Below are positions 30,259 to 39,398 of a stretch of DNA of 64,000 nucleotides, piece by piece (the stretch's first letter is position 1; each line of letters opens with the position of its first letter). Position numbers and translations under genes: made by a program. The stretch is from Alkalispirochaeta sp. GTDB taxonomy: Bacteria > Spirochaetota > Spirochaetia > DSM-27196 > Alkalispirochaetaceae. Location of the stretch: the NCBI GenBank assembly GCA_965601925.1, contig OZ271854.1, positions 2,688,001 through 2,752,000 of the forward strand, in the 5' to 3' direction. The notes beneath the pieces were generated by a model that saw only the letters and a program-made list of their open reading frames with translations, made no database searches and was not told the origin of the DNA.

Positions 30259-31307
30259 GCGATACGATGAGGGCGGTCGTAATGACCGCTCCGATGCAAC
30301 TGGAGGTTCGCGACGTTCCGCGCCCTCGAGTCGAGGACGGCGGCATGCTCGTAAAGGTCGAGGCGTGCGGATTGTGCGGGAGCGACCTGAGAACGATAAG
30401 GAGCGGGCATAGCAAGGTGACGCTGCCGTGGATCCTGGGCCACGAAATTTGCGGCACCGTCGTTGCGACCGGCAACGACTATCGCGGATCGTGGGCTCCC
30501 GGGGACCGCCTCTCGATCGGGCCCAATACCTACGATCCGACCGATCCCTATTGCATCGACGGCCGGCACGAGTTGAGCTCGGGAGTCCGTGAAATCGCCC
30601 AGGCGTGGCCCGGGGGATTCGCCGAGTACGTCGCGATACCTCCGGAGTCGGTACGGTTGGGAAACCTCCTTCCGGCTCCCGACGGTATGCCGTCGTCGAT
30701 CGCCGCGATCGTCGAGCCGGGGTCCTCGGTCATTCACGCTCACGAGAAGGCGGGAACGCACCTGGGCGATACGGTCCTGGTGATGGGAACCGGGCCGATC
30801 GGGTGCCTCCACCTGGCCGTAGCGCGCGCCTCGGGCGCCTCCAAGGTGTTTGTGTGCGATATCAACGAGGATCGTCTCGCGGCGGCCGAGACCTTCGGTC
30901 CCGACGCACTCATTCATAACGCTACCGAGAATGTGGTGGAGCGCGTTCGTGAGTTGACCGACGGGGTTGGACCGTCGATCGTGATTACCGCCAACCCGTC
31001 GCCGGCCTCCCAGGTCACCGCAGTCGAGGCCGCGGCGGTGGGCGGACGGGTGGTGCTCTTCGGCGGGTTGCCCCACGGCGACAGCACCCCGGGGGTCGAC
31101 ATGAACCTCGTCCACTACAAGAACCTCACTATGATCGGAATCTCCAAGTTCGCGCCGCGTCACTTCGCCATGAGCTTGGCGCTGTTGCGATCCGGACAGA
31201 TTCCCGGAGAGAAGGTGGTGACCGACGTTATGGCGCTCGACGACTTTCACGCCGGCCTCGACCTCGCCATGCGAGGGCGTGCGATCAAGGTGGTGTTCAC
31301 GCCGTGA
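30255..31307 (+). CDS. Zinc-dependent (MDR) polyol dehydrogenase
   Basis: CGSD, GHE, VEP, GTGPIG; the structural 4-Cys Zn site is degenerate. Confidence 0.88.
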   Translation: MSDTMRAVVMTAPMQLEVRDVPRPRVEDGGMLVKVEACGLCGSDLRTIRSGHSKVTLPWILGHEICGTVVATGNDYRGSWAPGDRLSIGPNTYDPTDPYCIDGRHELSSGVREIAQAWPGGFAEYVAIPPESVRLGNLLPAPDGMPSSIAAIVEPGSSVIHAHEKAGTHLGDTVLVMGTGPIGCLHLAVARASGASKVFVCDINEDRLAAAETFGPDALIHNATENVVERVRELTDGVGPSIVITANPSPASQVTAVEAAAVGGRVVLFGGLPHGDSTPGVDMNLVHYKNLTMIGISKFAPRHFAMSLALLRSGQIPGEKVVTDVMALDDFHAGLDLAMRGRAIKVVFTP

Positions 31308-31816
31308 CCGACTCGATGAGGCTTCCGTTCTTGTCCGGCGGCGTCGCCCAGATCGCATGGGTCGTCGACGACGTAGAGGCGGCGGTGCGGCGGTATCACG
31401 AACGGTTCGGCGTCGGACCGTGGCACTTCTATACCTACGGTCCGCCTCTGGTGAAGCGCGCGAGCTATCGCGGTCGACCGAGCCGCGCCCGCATGCGCGT
31501 CGCGCTCTCCTACTTCGGACCGATGCGCGTCGAGTTGATCGAGCCCGTGGAGGGGCCGTCGATCTATCACGAGTTTGTCGAGCGGTGCGGGTACGGGGTG
31601 CATCACCTCGGAGTCGTGGTGGAGGACATGGATGAAGCGCTCCGTGCCGCGGCGGAGGCGGGCTACACGATGATTCAGGACGGCAGCGGATTCGGACTCG
31701 ATGGAGACGGGCACTACGCCTACCTCGACACCGAGGCCGATCTGGGTGTGATCTACGAGTTAATCCGGCGGCCGGCGCGGAGAGTGCCGCCGGAGAGAAT
31801 CTATCCTGAGGAGTGA
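31304..31816 (+). CDS. VOC family protein (methylmalonyl-CoA-epimerase-like)
   Basis: QIAWVV.D, ELIEP..G.SIY.EF...G.GVHHLG, YLDT....G..YEL. Confidence 0.85.
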   Translation: MTDSMRLPFLSGGVAQIAWVVDDVEAAVRRYHERFGVGPWHFYTYGPPLVKRASYRGRPSRARMRVALSYFGPMRVELIEPVEGPSIYHEFVERCGYGVHHLGVVVEDMDEALRAAAEAGYTMIQDGSGFGLDGDGHYAYLDTEADLGVIYELIRRPARRVPPERIYPEE

Positions 31817-31867
31817 CGCGGTGCGAGGGCGCCGCAACGCATTCCCGGTGAGAAAGGAGCAGGAGTG

Positions 31868-32854
31868 ATGAAGTGGGACTATGCCGCAATTGCAGTCGTG
31901 TTCGGATCGTGTGCCGATCGGTACGTCATTCAGGGATATACCGAGAAGCGCACCTTCGACCAGATGTTGGCCGATGCGCGGACGGTGCCGGGTATCAAGG
32001 GAATCGAGGTGATCGGCGGATGGCACATCACCGACGAGAACGCCTCACAGGTCGTCGCGCAGATTAAGGACGCCGGATTCGAGTTGGCGTGCGTCATCCC
32101 GGAGATTTGGGCCAATCCCAAGTGGGGCTGGGGATCGTTCGCCTCTACCGATCCCGGTATTCGTCGCGACGCGGTGGAACGGGTCAAGGCCGCCATGGAC
32201 GCTGCAGCGGCGGCAGGCTGCTCGATGATCAGTCCGTGGTTCGGCCACGACGGGTGGGACTACATCTTTACCATGGATTACCTCAAGGCGTACGACTGGA
32301 TCATAGAAGGGTTGTCGGAGTGCGCGGATCACAACCCCGCGGTCAACATCGCCGTCGAGTTCAAGCTCAAGGAGCCGAGGACACACATTCTCGTCAGCAA
32401 CACCGCCAAGACGCTCATGATGGTCAACGAGGTCGACAAGCCGAACGTGGGGATCAATTTGGATACCGGTCACGCCCAGTACGGGTACGAGAACCTCGCC
32501 GAGAGCGTCGCTCTCATGCGCCGGTTCGGCGACAAGCTCATGCACATCCACCTCAACGACAACTACCGCTATTGGGACGACGACATGATTCCCGGTTCGG
32601 TACACACCTTGGAGTGGGTCGAGTTCTTCTACTGGCTGGACAAGGTGGGATACGGCGGATACCTGAGCCTGGACGTCTTCGCCTTTCACGAACGGGACAA
32701 GGCGGCGGTGGCGCGAGAGTCCCTCAAATGGCTCGATCTCTTTCAGGAGGCCGCCTCACGTCTCGACCCCGAGGAGGTAGAGGGCGTACTCGAGTCGGGA
32801 GACGCAATGGCCGCGCAAGCGATGGTCCGCAGCGCGCTTTGGCCCGGCAAGTAG
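31868..32854 (+). CDS. Xylose-isomerase-like TIM-barrel sugar isomerase/epimerase
   Basis: W.GHDG.DY, EFK.KEPR.H, LDTGHA, HIHLNDN...WDDD; AAGGAG RBS. Confidence 0.85.
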   Translation: MKWDYAAIAVVFGSCADRYVIQGYTEKRTFDQMLADARTVPGIKGIEVIGGWHITDENASQVVAQIKDAGFELACVIPEIWANPKWGWGSFASTDPGIRRDAVERVKAAMDAAAAAGCSMISPWFGHDGWDYIFTMDYLKAYDWIIEGLSECADHNPAVNIAVEFKLKEPRTHILVSNTAKTLMMVNEVDKPNVGINLDTGHAQYGYENLAESVALMRRFGDKLMHIHLNDNYRYWDDDMIPGSVHTLEWVEFFYWLDKVGYGGYLSLDVFAFHERDKAAVARESLKWLDLFQEAASRLDPEEVEGVLESGDAMAAQAMVRSALWPGK

Positions 32855-32871
32855 CGGAGCTGCGCGGAGAT

Positions 32872-32907
32872 CGGTGAGCGCACCGGCGCTTCGGGGTGCG
32901 CTCACCG
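32872..32907. terminator. Hairpin between convergent operons, probably a bidirectional terminator
   Basis: Perfect 13-bp arms CGGTGAGCGCACC / GGTGCGCTCACCG. Confidence 0.6.
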
Positions 32908-32965
32908 TAGGGACGATGCGTCACCAACAGGCTCAGCGACGGTCGCGTGAGAGACTACCGCGCCG

Positions 32966-35242
32966 TTACTCCTTCGCCGTCGATGCGTCGGTCGGCTCGT
33001 CGAATACGATCGTCGCACCCGGAAGCTCGATCACGTCCCCAGCCTCCAAGGTACGTTTTGTGTAGCGCCGGTTGTTGACCGTTACCGGCTGGGCGCTTAC
33101 GACGGTGTAGGTGCCGCGCTTCTCGTCGTGGACGATCGTGGCGTGGCGCTCCAACATGTCGGGGGAGCCTGCAATCGTCACGTCCGCCTCGGCACTCGCG
33201 CCGATGACCGTCTGCGGTCCCGACAGATCGAGCACCTTGGTCGAACCTCCCTGCGCGCCTAAGATTTCGAGGTTTGCCGCACTCCGCCCGCGGCGCGCCC
33301 GCAGAAGCGTCAACAACCACGCCAGGAGCGGAGCGGCGAGGATCGGAACGAGATAGATGAAGCCGAAGTCGTCGCGCGGAAGGCCGAAGATAGTACCGGC
33401 AAAGTAGCGCCGTTCGGCATCGACCGTCCGACCCGGCACCGCGACTTCGATGCGCACGGTCCGGAAATCGGCCGGCGAGATACCGGCGCGGTACCGGATG
33501 CGGTATTCGGTGAGGATCCGCTCGCGAATCAGGGTGTATACCGACTGGAGTTCCGCCGCATCGGCGGCGTCGAAGACCAACCCTCCCGCCGAGGCGGCGA
33601 TCTCTCCCAATAGAGGTTCGCCGCCGCCGGCGAAGTCTATCGCAAACACGCTTATCCCGGCGCGCTCGACAGCGGCCAACGTCTCCTCAATCGAGACCGA
33701 CCGGTCGCCGAACTCCGGATGGGGGCGACCGCTGTTGGCTGCAAAGGGGAAGTTCTCGCCGTCGGAGAGAATGATGAGCGCGCGACGTCCTCCTGCGTCC
33801 TCCAGATCGGCGGCGGCGGTCATAACGGCGCGAAAGAGTTCGGTGTATGCCTCGTCCGGTTCGGGGCGTTCGATCTCCTCAAAGATGAGATCGATCGTCC
33901 GCGGCGATTCCGTCGGCCCCGTGAGGAGGCGATAGCGCGTGTTGAAGGTCGCCAAAGCAAAGCGGTCGTTCGGCGTATCGATCTGATTCAGGAATTGCCT
34001 CATCGCCGATCCGACGGCGGCCATGCGGGTCGCTCCGCGCTCCTCGGTCGGTCTCCCGCCTATGGTGTCGTACATGCTGCCGGAGTTGTCGACCAGAAAG
34101 AAGAAGGTCACGCCGTCCTCTTCGTTGGCGCGTTCGTCCACCGAAATGAGCTCAACGGCGCCGAGCTCACCGCCGTCGGGTGCCTCGTACACCCGCATGT
34201 CGTCGGCGGTCAGCCCCGGTACGGGCCGCCCCGCGGAATCGGTAATCGATGCGTATAGGTCGATCTGTTGGTGGGTGACCAGGCGATCGATGTCGATCTG
34301 AGCGGGGCGGACGCTCTGTGCCGACAGGACGTCGACGCCGACGCCGCCCACCAACAGCGCTGCGGCCAGTATGAGCGGACGGAAGAGCAGCTTGGCGGAC
34401 CCGATCTGAAGCACATCGCCGAACTTGAGAAATCCCGAACCGTCTTCCGGTATCGCCTCGTCGTTGCGCTTGATCTCGTTCCCGTCGGCGGAGGGATAGA
34501 TTGCCAGTTCGCCTCCCTGCTCGCGAATCTCCGCGTGGCGTTCGGCGACTCGGCGATATCCCGGGATGCATACGTCGCTTCCCGCCCACTCGCCGATAAG
34601 TACGCGACGCTGGTTCAGAACAAACTCGGACCCCTTGCGCGGACCGTTGAGGAGACGGAGCATTCCCGTGGTCTGTCGATCCTCCACGAGGCTGTACATC
34701 GCGCTGACCAGAAGGCCGTAGACGACGACACCGATGGGACGCGCGTACTCTCGGGCGATGATGCGCGGCGCGATCTCGATCGCGAAGCCGCCGGCAAGCC
34801 CGCCGAGGAGTCCGCCTGCCAGCCCCCCGAAGGTGCGGCGCACGGAGCGGCGCCGCACACCCTCCGATCCGCCGACCGCCATCCCGAGTATCGCCCAACC
34901 GGCCGCGCGCGAGGCGGCGACTCCGACGGCGCCGAGCTGTGCGAAAAACAGGAGTGCTACCTGCCCCAGGACGAAACCGGCGGCACCCCCGACGGCACCG
35001 GTTGCCGCGCCGATGAGCGCGCCGCCGGCTACTCTGCGACGCACCCCGGCGACCATTCCGTCGATCGCACCGAAAAACGCGCCGAAGATGAGACCGAATG
35101 TGGCGCCCGAGGCGAGGCTGAAGGCGAGATACGATGGGAATCGCGACTGGAGCACGAGCATCGTCTCGAGGACGGGCCACGCCGCCGCACCGCCCAAGAG
35201 ACCCATTGCAAGGTAGACGAGTCGTCGCATTGCGTGTGACAT
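32966..35242 (-). CDS. Membrane protein: Gly-rich multi-TM region - FHA - TM/signal - vWA - TM - FHA
   Basis: vWA MIDAS LVDNSGSM...T...LSDGE; two FHA-fold segments (IG...D..I......HA.I....GDV..IG/P). Confidence 0.82.
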   Translation of the reverse strand: MSHAMRRLVYLAMGLLGGAAAWPVLETMLVLQSRFPSYLAFSLASGATFGLIFGAFFGAIDGMVAGVRRRVAGGALIGAATGAVGGAAGFVLGQVALLFFAQLGAVGVAASRAAGWAILGMAVGGSEGVRRRSVRRTFGGLAGGLLGGLAGGFAIEIAPRIIAREYARPIGVVVYGLLVSAMYSLVEDRQTTGMLRLLNGPRKGSEFVLNQRRVLIGEWAGSDVCIPGYRRVAERHAEIREQGGELAIYPSADGNEIKRNDEAIPEDGSGFLKFGDVLQIGSAKLLFRPLILAAALLVGGVGVDVLSAQSVRPAQIDIDRLVTHQQIDLYASITDSAGRPVPGLTADDMRVYEAPDGGELGAVELISVDERANEEDGVTFFFLVDNSGSMYDTIGGRPTEERGATRMAAVGSAMRQFLNQIDTPNDRFALATFNTRYRLLTGPTESPRTIDLIFEEIERPEPDEAYTELFRAVMTAAADLEDAGGRRALIILSDGENFPFAANSGRPHPEFGDRSVSIEETLAAVERAGISVFAIDFAGGGEPLLGEIAASAGGLVFDAADAAELQSVYTLIRERILTEYRIRYRAGISPADFRTVRIEVAVPGRTVDAERRYFAGTIFGLPRDDFGFIYLVPILAAPLLAWLLTLLRARRGRSAANLEILGAQGGSTKVLDLSGPQTVIGASAEADVTIAGSPDMLERHATIVHDEKRGTYTVVSAQPVTVNNRRYTKRTLEAGDVIELPGATIVFDEPTDASTAKE

Positions 35243-35243
35243 G

Positions 35244-36869
35244 TTACTCCTCCTGTGGGTCGAGCCCGACCTCGATGACGAGGCGGCTTTCCTCGGCCTG
35301 TATCATAAGGCTGAATACTTGCGTGGCGTACCCTTCGTGGCTGAACCGGAAACGGTGCACTTCGCCGCTACGCAGTTGAAATGAAAGCGCCGGCGTGAAG
35401 GCGAGCCAGCGGTCGCCGATCAGTATCGAAACGCGCGTACCGTCACCGATAAGGCGTCCGGTTTCGCGATCGACAACGGTGAAATCGACCTCCAACGGCA
35501 ACCTCGGGCGCTCGACGAACTCTGCCGTGACGTGGTACGCATCCACTCGGCGACCGGGAATCACCAGGCGGGTCGCGCTTCGCTCCCTCAACGAAGGGAG
35601 TGCGAACGACTCCCACCATACGATACTCCCGTTGGAAACCTTTACGCGGTAGGCGCCGGGGGTAAACTGGGCTCGGCGAGCGCGAAACACGTAGAACCGT
35701 TCGGTCTCTTCCTCCGGCACGATACGAAACGTCAACTCGCCCCCCGGTGCCTCGGGAATCTCCTCACCGTCGTCGACGAATACGGCGCCGGTTAGACGGA
35801 TCGCATCACGGTCGCGATCGGCCTTGAGCACGCGTGCGGTTACCTCGAGCGCTCCGTAGCGCGCGGGCCGGAAGAGTTCGCGATGGTACCCTCGGACAAA
35901 GAGGAGCCCGACGCCCAACGATAGGAGGAGCGCGGCCGCAACGCCCGCCGCGACGGCGAGTCTCGATCGGCGTTGCGGGAGTGCCTCCGCCTGTTCCTCG
36001 GTAAGATAACGACGGATCGTCTCGTCGCTGCGCTCGTTGGCTCCGATACGGTAGCGCCGATTGATGCGTGACGCGACTCGTTCCAGATGGGAGAATCGTC
36101 TGTCCGGTCGCGCCTTGAGCATCCGCGCCACGAGGCGCGCGACAAACGGTGAGACTTTGGGGTTGATGCGCCGCGGCGGCGTGTAGCGACCGCGTTGGAT
36201 ACGCGCAATTACCTCGGGAGTGAATGAACCGGGGTAGGGGCGCTTGCCGGTAACCATCTCGTAGAGTACGACGCCCAACGAGTAGATATCGGCGCGCTTG
36301 TCCACCGAGCGCGTACTACGAAACTGCTCGGGTGCCATATAACTCGGAGTACCGAGGGTCATTCCGTCGCGCGTCAGATCGGATTGCTCCTCGCCGCCGT
36401 GAATCGTGGCGATGCCGAAGTCGACGAGTTTTACCTCTCCCTCGTTGGAGATCAGGATGTTGGCGGGCTTTATGTCGCGGTGGACGACACCTTTATCGTG
36501 GGCGTAGGCCAGGGCGCGACACACTTCGCGCAGGATAAGAAGCGCGATTCCGTTCGGAAGATAGCGGCGCTGCCGGATCAGTGCGTCTAAGGACATCCCG
36601 TCGACGTACTCGAGCACGATGTAGTACGAAGAACCCTCGCGAAAGTGGTCGTATACGTCGACGATCGCGTCGTTACGCAGGTCCATCATGATCTGCGCTT
36701 CGCGACGAAAGCGCTCGCGAATATCGGCGTTACCCCGTAAGGTGAGCTTTTTGATGATGACCGTGCGTTCCAAGGTGGGATGACGCGCCGTATACACCGC
36801 GCCCATGCCGCCCTGGGCCAGGCGCGAGAGCACCTTGTACTTTCCGATCGATTCAACCGTCTTTGCCAT
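35244..36869 (-). CDS. Hanks-type Ser/Thr protein kinase with TM and C-terminal extracytoplasmic domain
   Basis: GGMGAVY, IIKK, HRDIKPAN, DFG, GTPSYMAPEQ, DIYSLG; TM after the kinase domain. Confidence 0.93.
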   Translation of the reverse strand: MAKTVESIGKYKVLSRLAQGGMGAVYTARHPTLERTVIIKKLTLRGNADIRERFRREAQIMMDLRNDAIVDVYDHFREGSSYYIVLEYVDGMSLDALIRQRRYLPNGIALLILREVCRALAYAHDKGVVHRDIKPANILISNEGEVKLVDFGIATIHGGEEQSDLTRDGMTLGTPSYMAPEQFRSTRSVDKRADIYSLGVVLYEMVTGKRPYPGSFTPEVIARIQRGRYTPPRRINPKVSPFVARLVARMLKARPDRRFSHLERVASRINRRYRIGANERSDETIRRYLTEEQAEALPQRRSRLAVAAGVAAALLLSLGVGLLFVRGYHRELFRPARYGALEVTARVLKADRDRDAIRLTGAVFVDDGEEIPEAPGGELTFRIVPEEETERFYVFRARRAQFTPGAYRVKVSNGSIVWWESFALPSLRERSATRLVIPGRRVDAYHVTAEFVERPRLPLEVDFTVVDRETGRLIGDGTRVSILIGDRWLAFTPALSFQLRSGEVHRFRFSHEGYATQVFSLMIQAEESRLVIEVGLDPQEE

Positions 36870-37899
36870 CGAAGATTCCCTCGTCGTAAGCAAGCTCCAC
36901 TACGTCACGCTCCGGGTCAAATCGGCGATTCGCCGGCGGGAGCGCGACGATCAAGCGCGAAGGATTATGAAACTGCACGTACCGGCCGCCGGCCCGCAAC
37001 GCGTAGCGTCCCGTCACCGGCCGGTGCCCTCCCAGATGGATCGCCTCGCCGTCGGCGCAGTGGGGAAGGAAATGGGCGAGCGTCGCCGCCACGCTCCCAT
37101 CCTCTGCGGCGTCGTTGTCCGTCCAGGTGAGTCCCTCGACGACCTCCGGCCGATCGCGATACTCGACGATCTCCTCGCTCAAAAAGGGGCGCATCGGTTC
37201 GGCGTGCGTCACCACGTAGCGCGTACCGACGGCCATGAGCGGTAACGACTTCTCGAACCGGTACACCGCCTCGGTCGCCTCGCCGCGGTAAAACCGTTGC
37301 ATATACGCGGCAACCATCGCACCCTCATACACAAACTTGCCGAAACGGTGGTTCCCGTCTCCCTCTTCGTTCGTAATATTCTCGTGATTTCCTTTGAGAC
37401 CGTGGACGCGGTCGGGATATGCCCTCTTGAGGAGCGCCACGGTCCTGAGGACCGCGAGACTCTCATACATCTCCTCATCCATCGCATCGTGAACGCGATA
37501 CCCATCGGTAAACTCCTCGAAGGCGCGTATCCATCGACGACGCGCACGCGCCTCACCGTGGACGTAATCGCCTACCATGACCAACTGTGCCCGGTCGGCG
37601 TCGATCGCGGACAGGAGCGGTGTGTCGATTCCGTGTTCGGGAAACGAGGTGGATAGCACCGTCGTGACGAGATCGATCCGCGCGTGGATATCGGGAAGAA
37701 CCACCGCCGGAAGCTCCGGCCGCAGGTGAACGAGTCCTCCGGGGCGGCCGTTCGTATCGCGGGGACGGAGCGAGGCGTCTTCCTCGGCAAGAGCAGTGCA
37801 CGCGCCTTCCATATCCGAGGTAAGTTCTTCGGCCGACGGAGGCGTCGTGTCGGCCGCGATGCGTTGTAACCGGTCGATGACGGCGTTCAGATCGCCCAT
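36853..37899 (-). CDS. Calcineurin-like metallophosphoesterase (PPP-like phosphatase candidate)
   Basis: PDIHAR, GDYVHGE, KGNHEN, THAEP, GGHRP metal-ligand motifs; overlaps the kinase start. Confidence 0.85.
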   Translation of the reverse strand: MGDLNAVIDRLQRIAADTTPPSAEELTSDMEGACTALAEEDASLRPRDTNGRPGGLVHLRPELPAVVLPDIHARIDLVTTVLSTSFPEHGIDTPLLSAIDADRAQLVMVGDYVHGEARARRRWIRAFEEFTDGYRVHDAMDEEMYESLAVLRTVALLKRAYPDRVHGLKGNHENITNEEGDGNHRFGKFVYEGAMVAAYMQRFYRGEATEAVYRFEKSLPLMAVGTRYVVTHAEPMRPFLSEEIVEYRDRPEVVEGLTWTDNDAAEDGSVAATLAHFLPHCADGEAIHLGGHRPVTGRYALRAGGRYVQFHNPSRLIVALPPANRRFDPERDVVELAYDEGIFDGKDG

Positions 37900-38430
37900 C
37901 TACGATTGTACGATCGTCTTGTTGACCTCGATGAAATCGTCGGCGAGCACCTTGGTGACGTCGGTCAACAGCTCTTCTTCTACCTCGGGTTCGAGCTCGT
38001 CGATCGTTACGGCGATCATGTACACCGCCGAGCTGGATTTGATCGGTCCGTTCGTGAACGTCGCGACGGAGTCCACTGCAACGTCCTCTTTTAAGGCCGT
38101 CGCATCGGCGCTCGAATGGTCGGGCACGTCCCGTCGAATCCCGATCGAGGTGTAGTCTACCGTCCTCTTGTCGTCGACCAGCGGTCCGACCGTCAATAGC
38201 GAGCCCGAGTAGGTCAGAAAGAGCGCTCCGCGCTCCTCCGTGGCGCCGAACTCCTCGATCTCCTCCATCCCCTTCTCCGCGACACGCTGCTCGAAGATCT
38301 CCTTCTTCTCGAGCCACGCCGAAGCGAGACGCTCCATCGACTCCTCATTTTCGGGGAGTCCCGATGTCTTTGTTATATTCCGAATGTGATCCCGTACGGC
38401 GTCGGGAACCTTGTCCATGTGTTCGCCCAT
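37900..38430 (-). CDS. Acidic hypothetical protein, paralog of the N-terminal domain of 38508-39398
   Basis: AAAGGAG RBS; stop abuts the phosphoesterase ATG; shared WLEK / RGA..LTYSGSL...GP / Y.SI..R.DVP motifs. Confidence 0.85.
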   Translation of the reverse strand: MGEHMDKVPDAVRDHIRNITKTSGLPENEESMERLASAWLEKKEIFEQRVAEKGMEEIEEFGATEERGALFLTYSGSLLTVGPLVDDKRTVDYTSIGIRRDVPDHSSADATALKEDVAVDSVATFTNGPIKSSSAVYMIAVTIDELEPEVEEELLTDVTKVLADDFIEVNKTIVQS

Positions 38431-38507
38431 AGAAACTCCTTTCTTGTGTGATACATTTTTCAACATGGCGCAGAATAGTCCCGAATTCCACAATCGAGAG
38501 GACGAGT

Positions 38508-39398
38508 ATGGCGAAGTTTGACGAATTGCCCGAATCGATACGGAGACACCTCGTTTCCTTGGCCGAAGAGACCGATATCACGCCCGCCGAGACGGCGCTG
38601 GAGCGCGTAACCGACAACTGGCTCGAGAAGCGTCGCCTGTACACCGAGCAAACCGAAGCCTTGGCGATGGTCGCCCAGACGCGCTTTGCCGCCGACGACC
38701 GGCGCGGAGCGATGCTCCTCACATACTCGGGATCACTCATTTCGATCGGACCCGTCGGCGATTCGGGGCGGCGGCTGGAGTACGCGAGCATCAAGCTGCG
38801 CACCGACGTACCGGGCCTTCTCAAGGGCGACGATGTCGGGATCGCGCAGGAGATCGTCGTCGATCGCCCGGCCGTGTTCGAGAGTGCGCCTCTCGCACGC
38901 AGCTCCGAAGTATTGTCGATCGTGTCCTTCGGACCGAAGGTGTCGGCCGGCGAACAGTCCGAGCGGCTCCGGCAGGCGATGCTCTTTCTTACCAACGGGT
39001 TCGTTCAGGCGAACCAGACGCTCTCGGTCGCCGGCGGCGCGTATCCCGACCAGTTTACGATGCGGGCGATGATCAAGAGCGTCGCGGCGCATAACGATAC
39101 GACGCAGACGGCGGCCAAAGCGATCATAGACGACTTTTTGGGTACCGTAGAGGCGGGCGTGCTCCTCGGCAAGCGCGTATCGATCGGCGGCCTCGGCCGC
39201 GTGGAGCTATCCGTCAAACCGGCCCGCAAGGCGCGCATGGGGCGCAACCCCGCCACCGGTGAGGAGATTCTTATCTCCTCGAAACCCGCCGTCTCCGCGC
39301 CTAAGATGAGTTTCGGGAGTGCGTTCAAAGAGCGGTCGTCCCACGTGCCGCCGGGGCGTATACGACCCGATCTCGCCGAGGATGAAAGCGGCTCGTAG
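38508..39398 (+). CDS. Unknown N-terminal domain fused to an HU/IHF-family DNA-binding domain
   Basis: C-terminal 'V.IGGLG...ARKARMGRNPATGEEI.I' HU signature (about 39054-39335); GAGAGG RBS. Confidence 0.88.
   Translation: MAKFDELPESIRRHLVSLAEETDITPAETALERVTDNWLEKRRLYTEQTEALAMVAQTRFAADDRRGAMLLTYSGSLISIGPVGDSGRRLEYASIKLRTDVPGLLKGDDVGIAQEIVVDRPAVFESAPLARSSEVLSIVSFGPKVSAGEQSERLRQAMLFLTNGFVQANQTLSVAGGAYPDQFTMRAMIKSVAAHNDTTQTAAKAIIDDFLGTVEAGVLLGKRVSIGGLGRVELSVKPARKARMGRNPATGEEILISSKPAVSAPKMSFGSAFKERSSHVPPGRIRPDLAEDESGS

Noticed and set aside
31868..32854. Naming the TIM-barrel enzyme xylA (or apiose/rhamnose isomerase) and the FGGY kinase xylB
   Set aside because: The motifs support the family only; the substrate cannot be fixed without searches or assays
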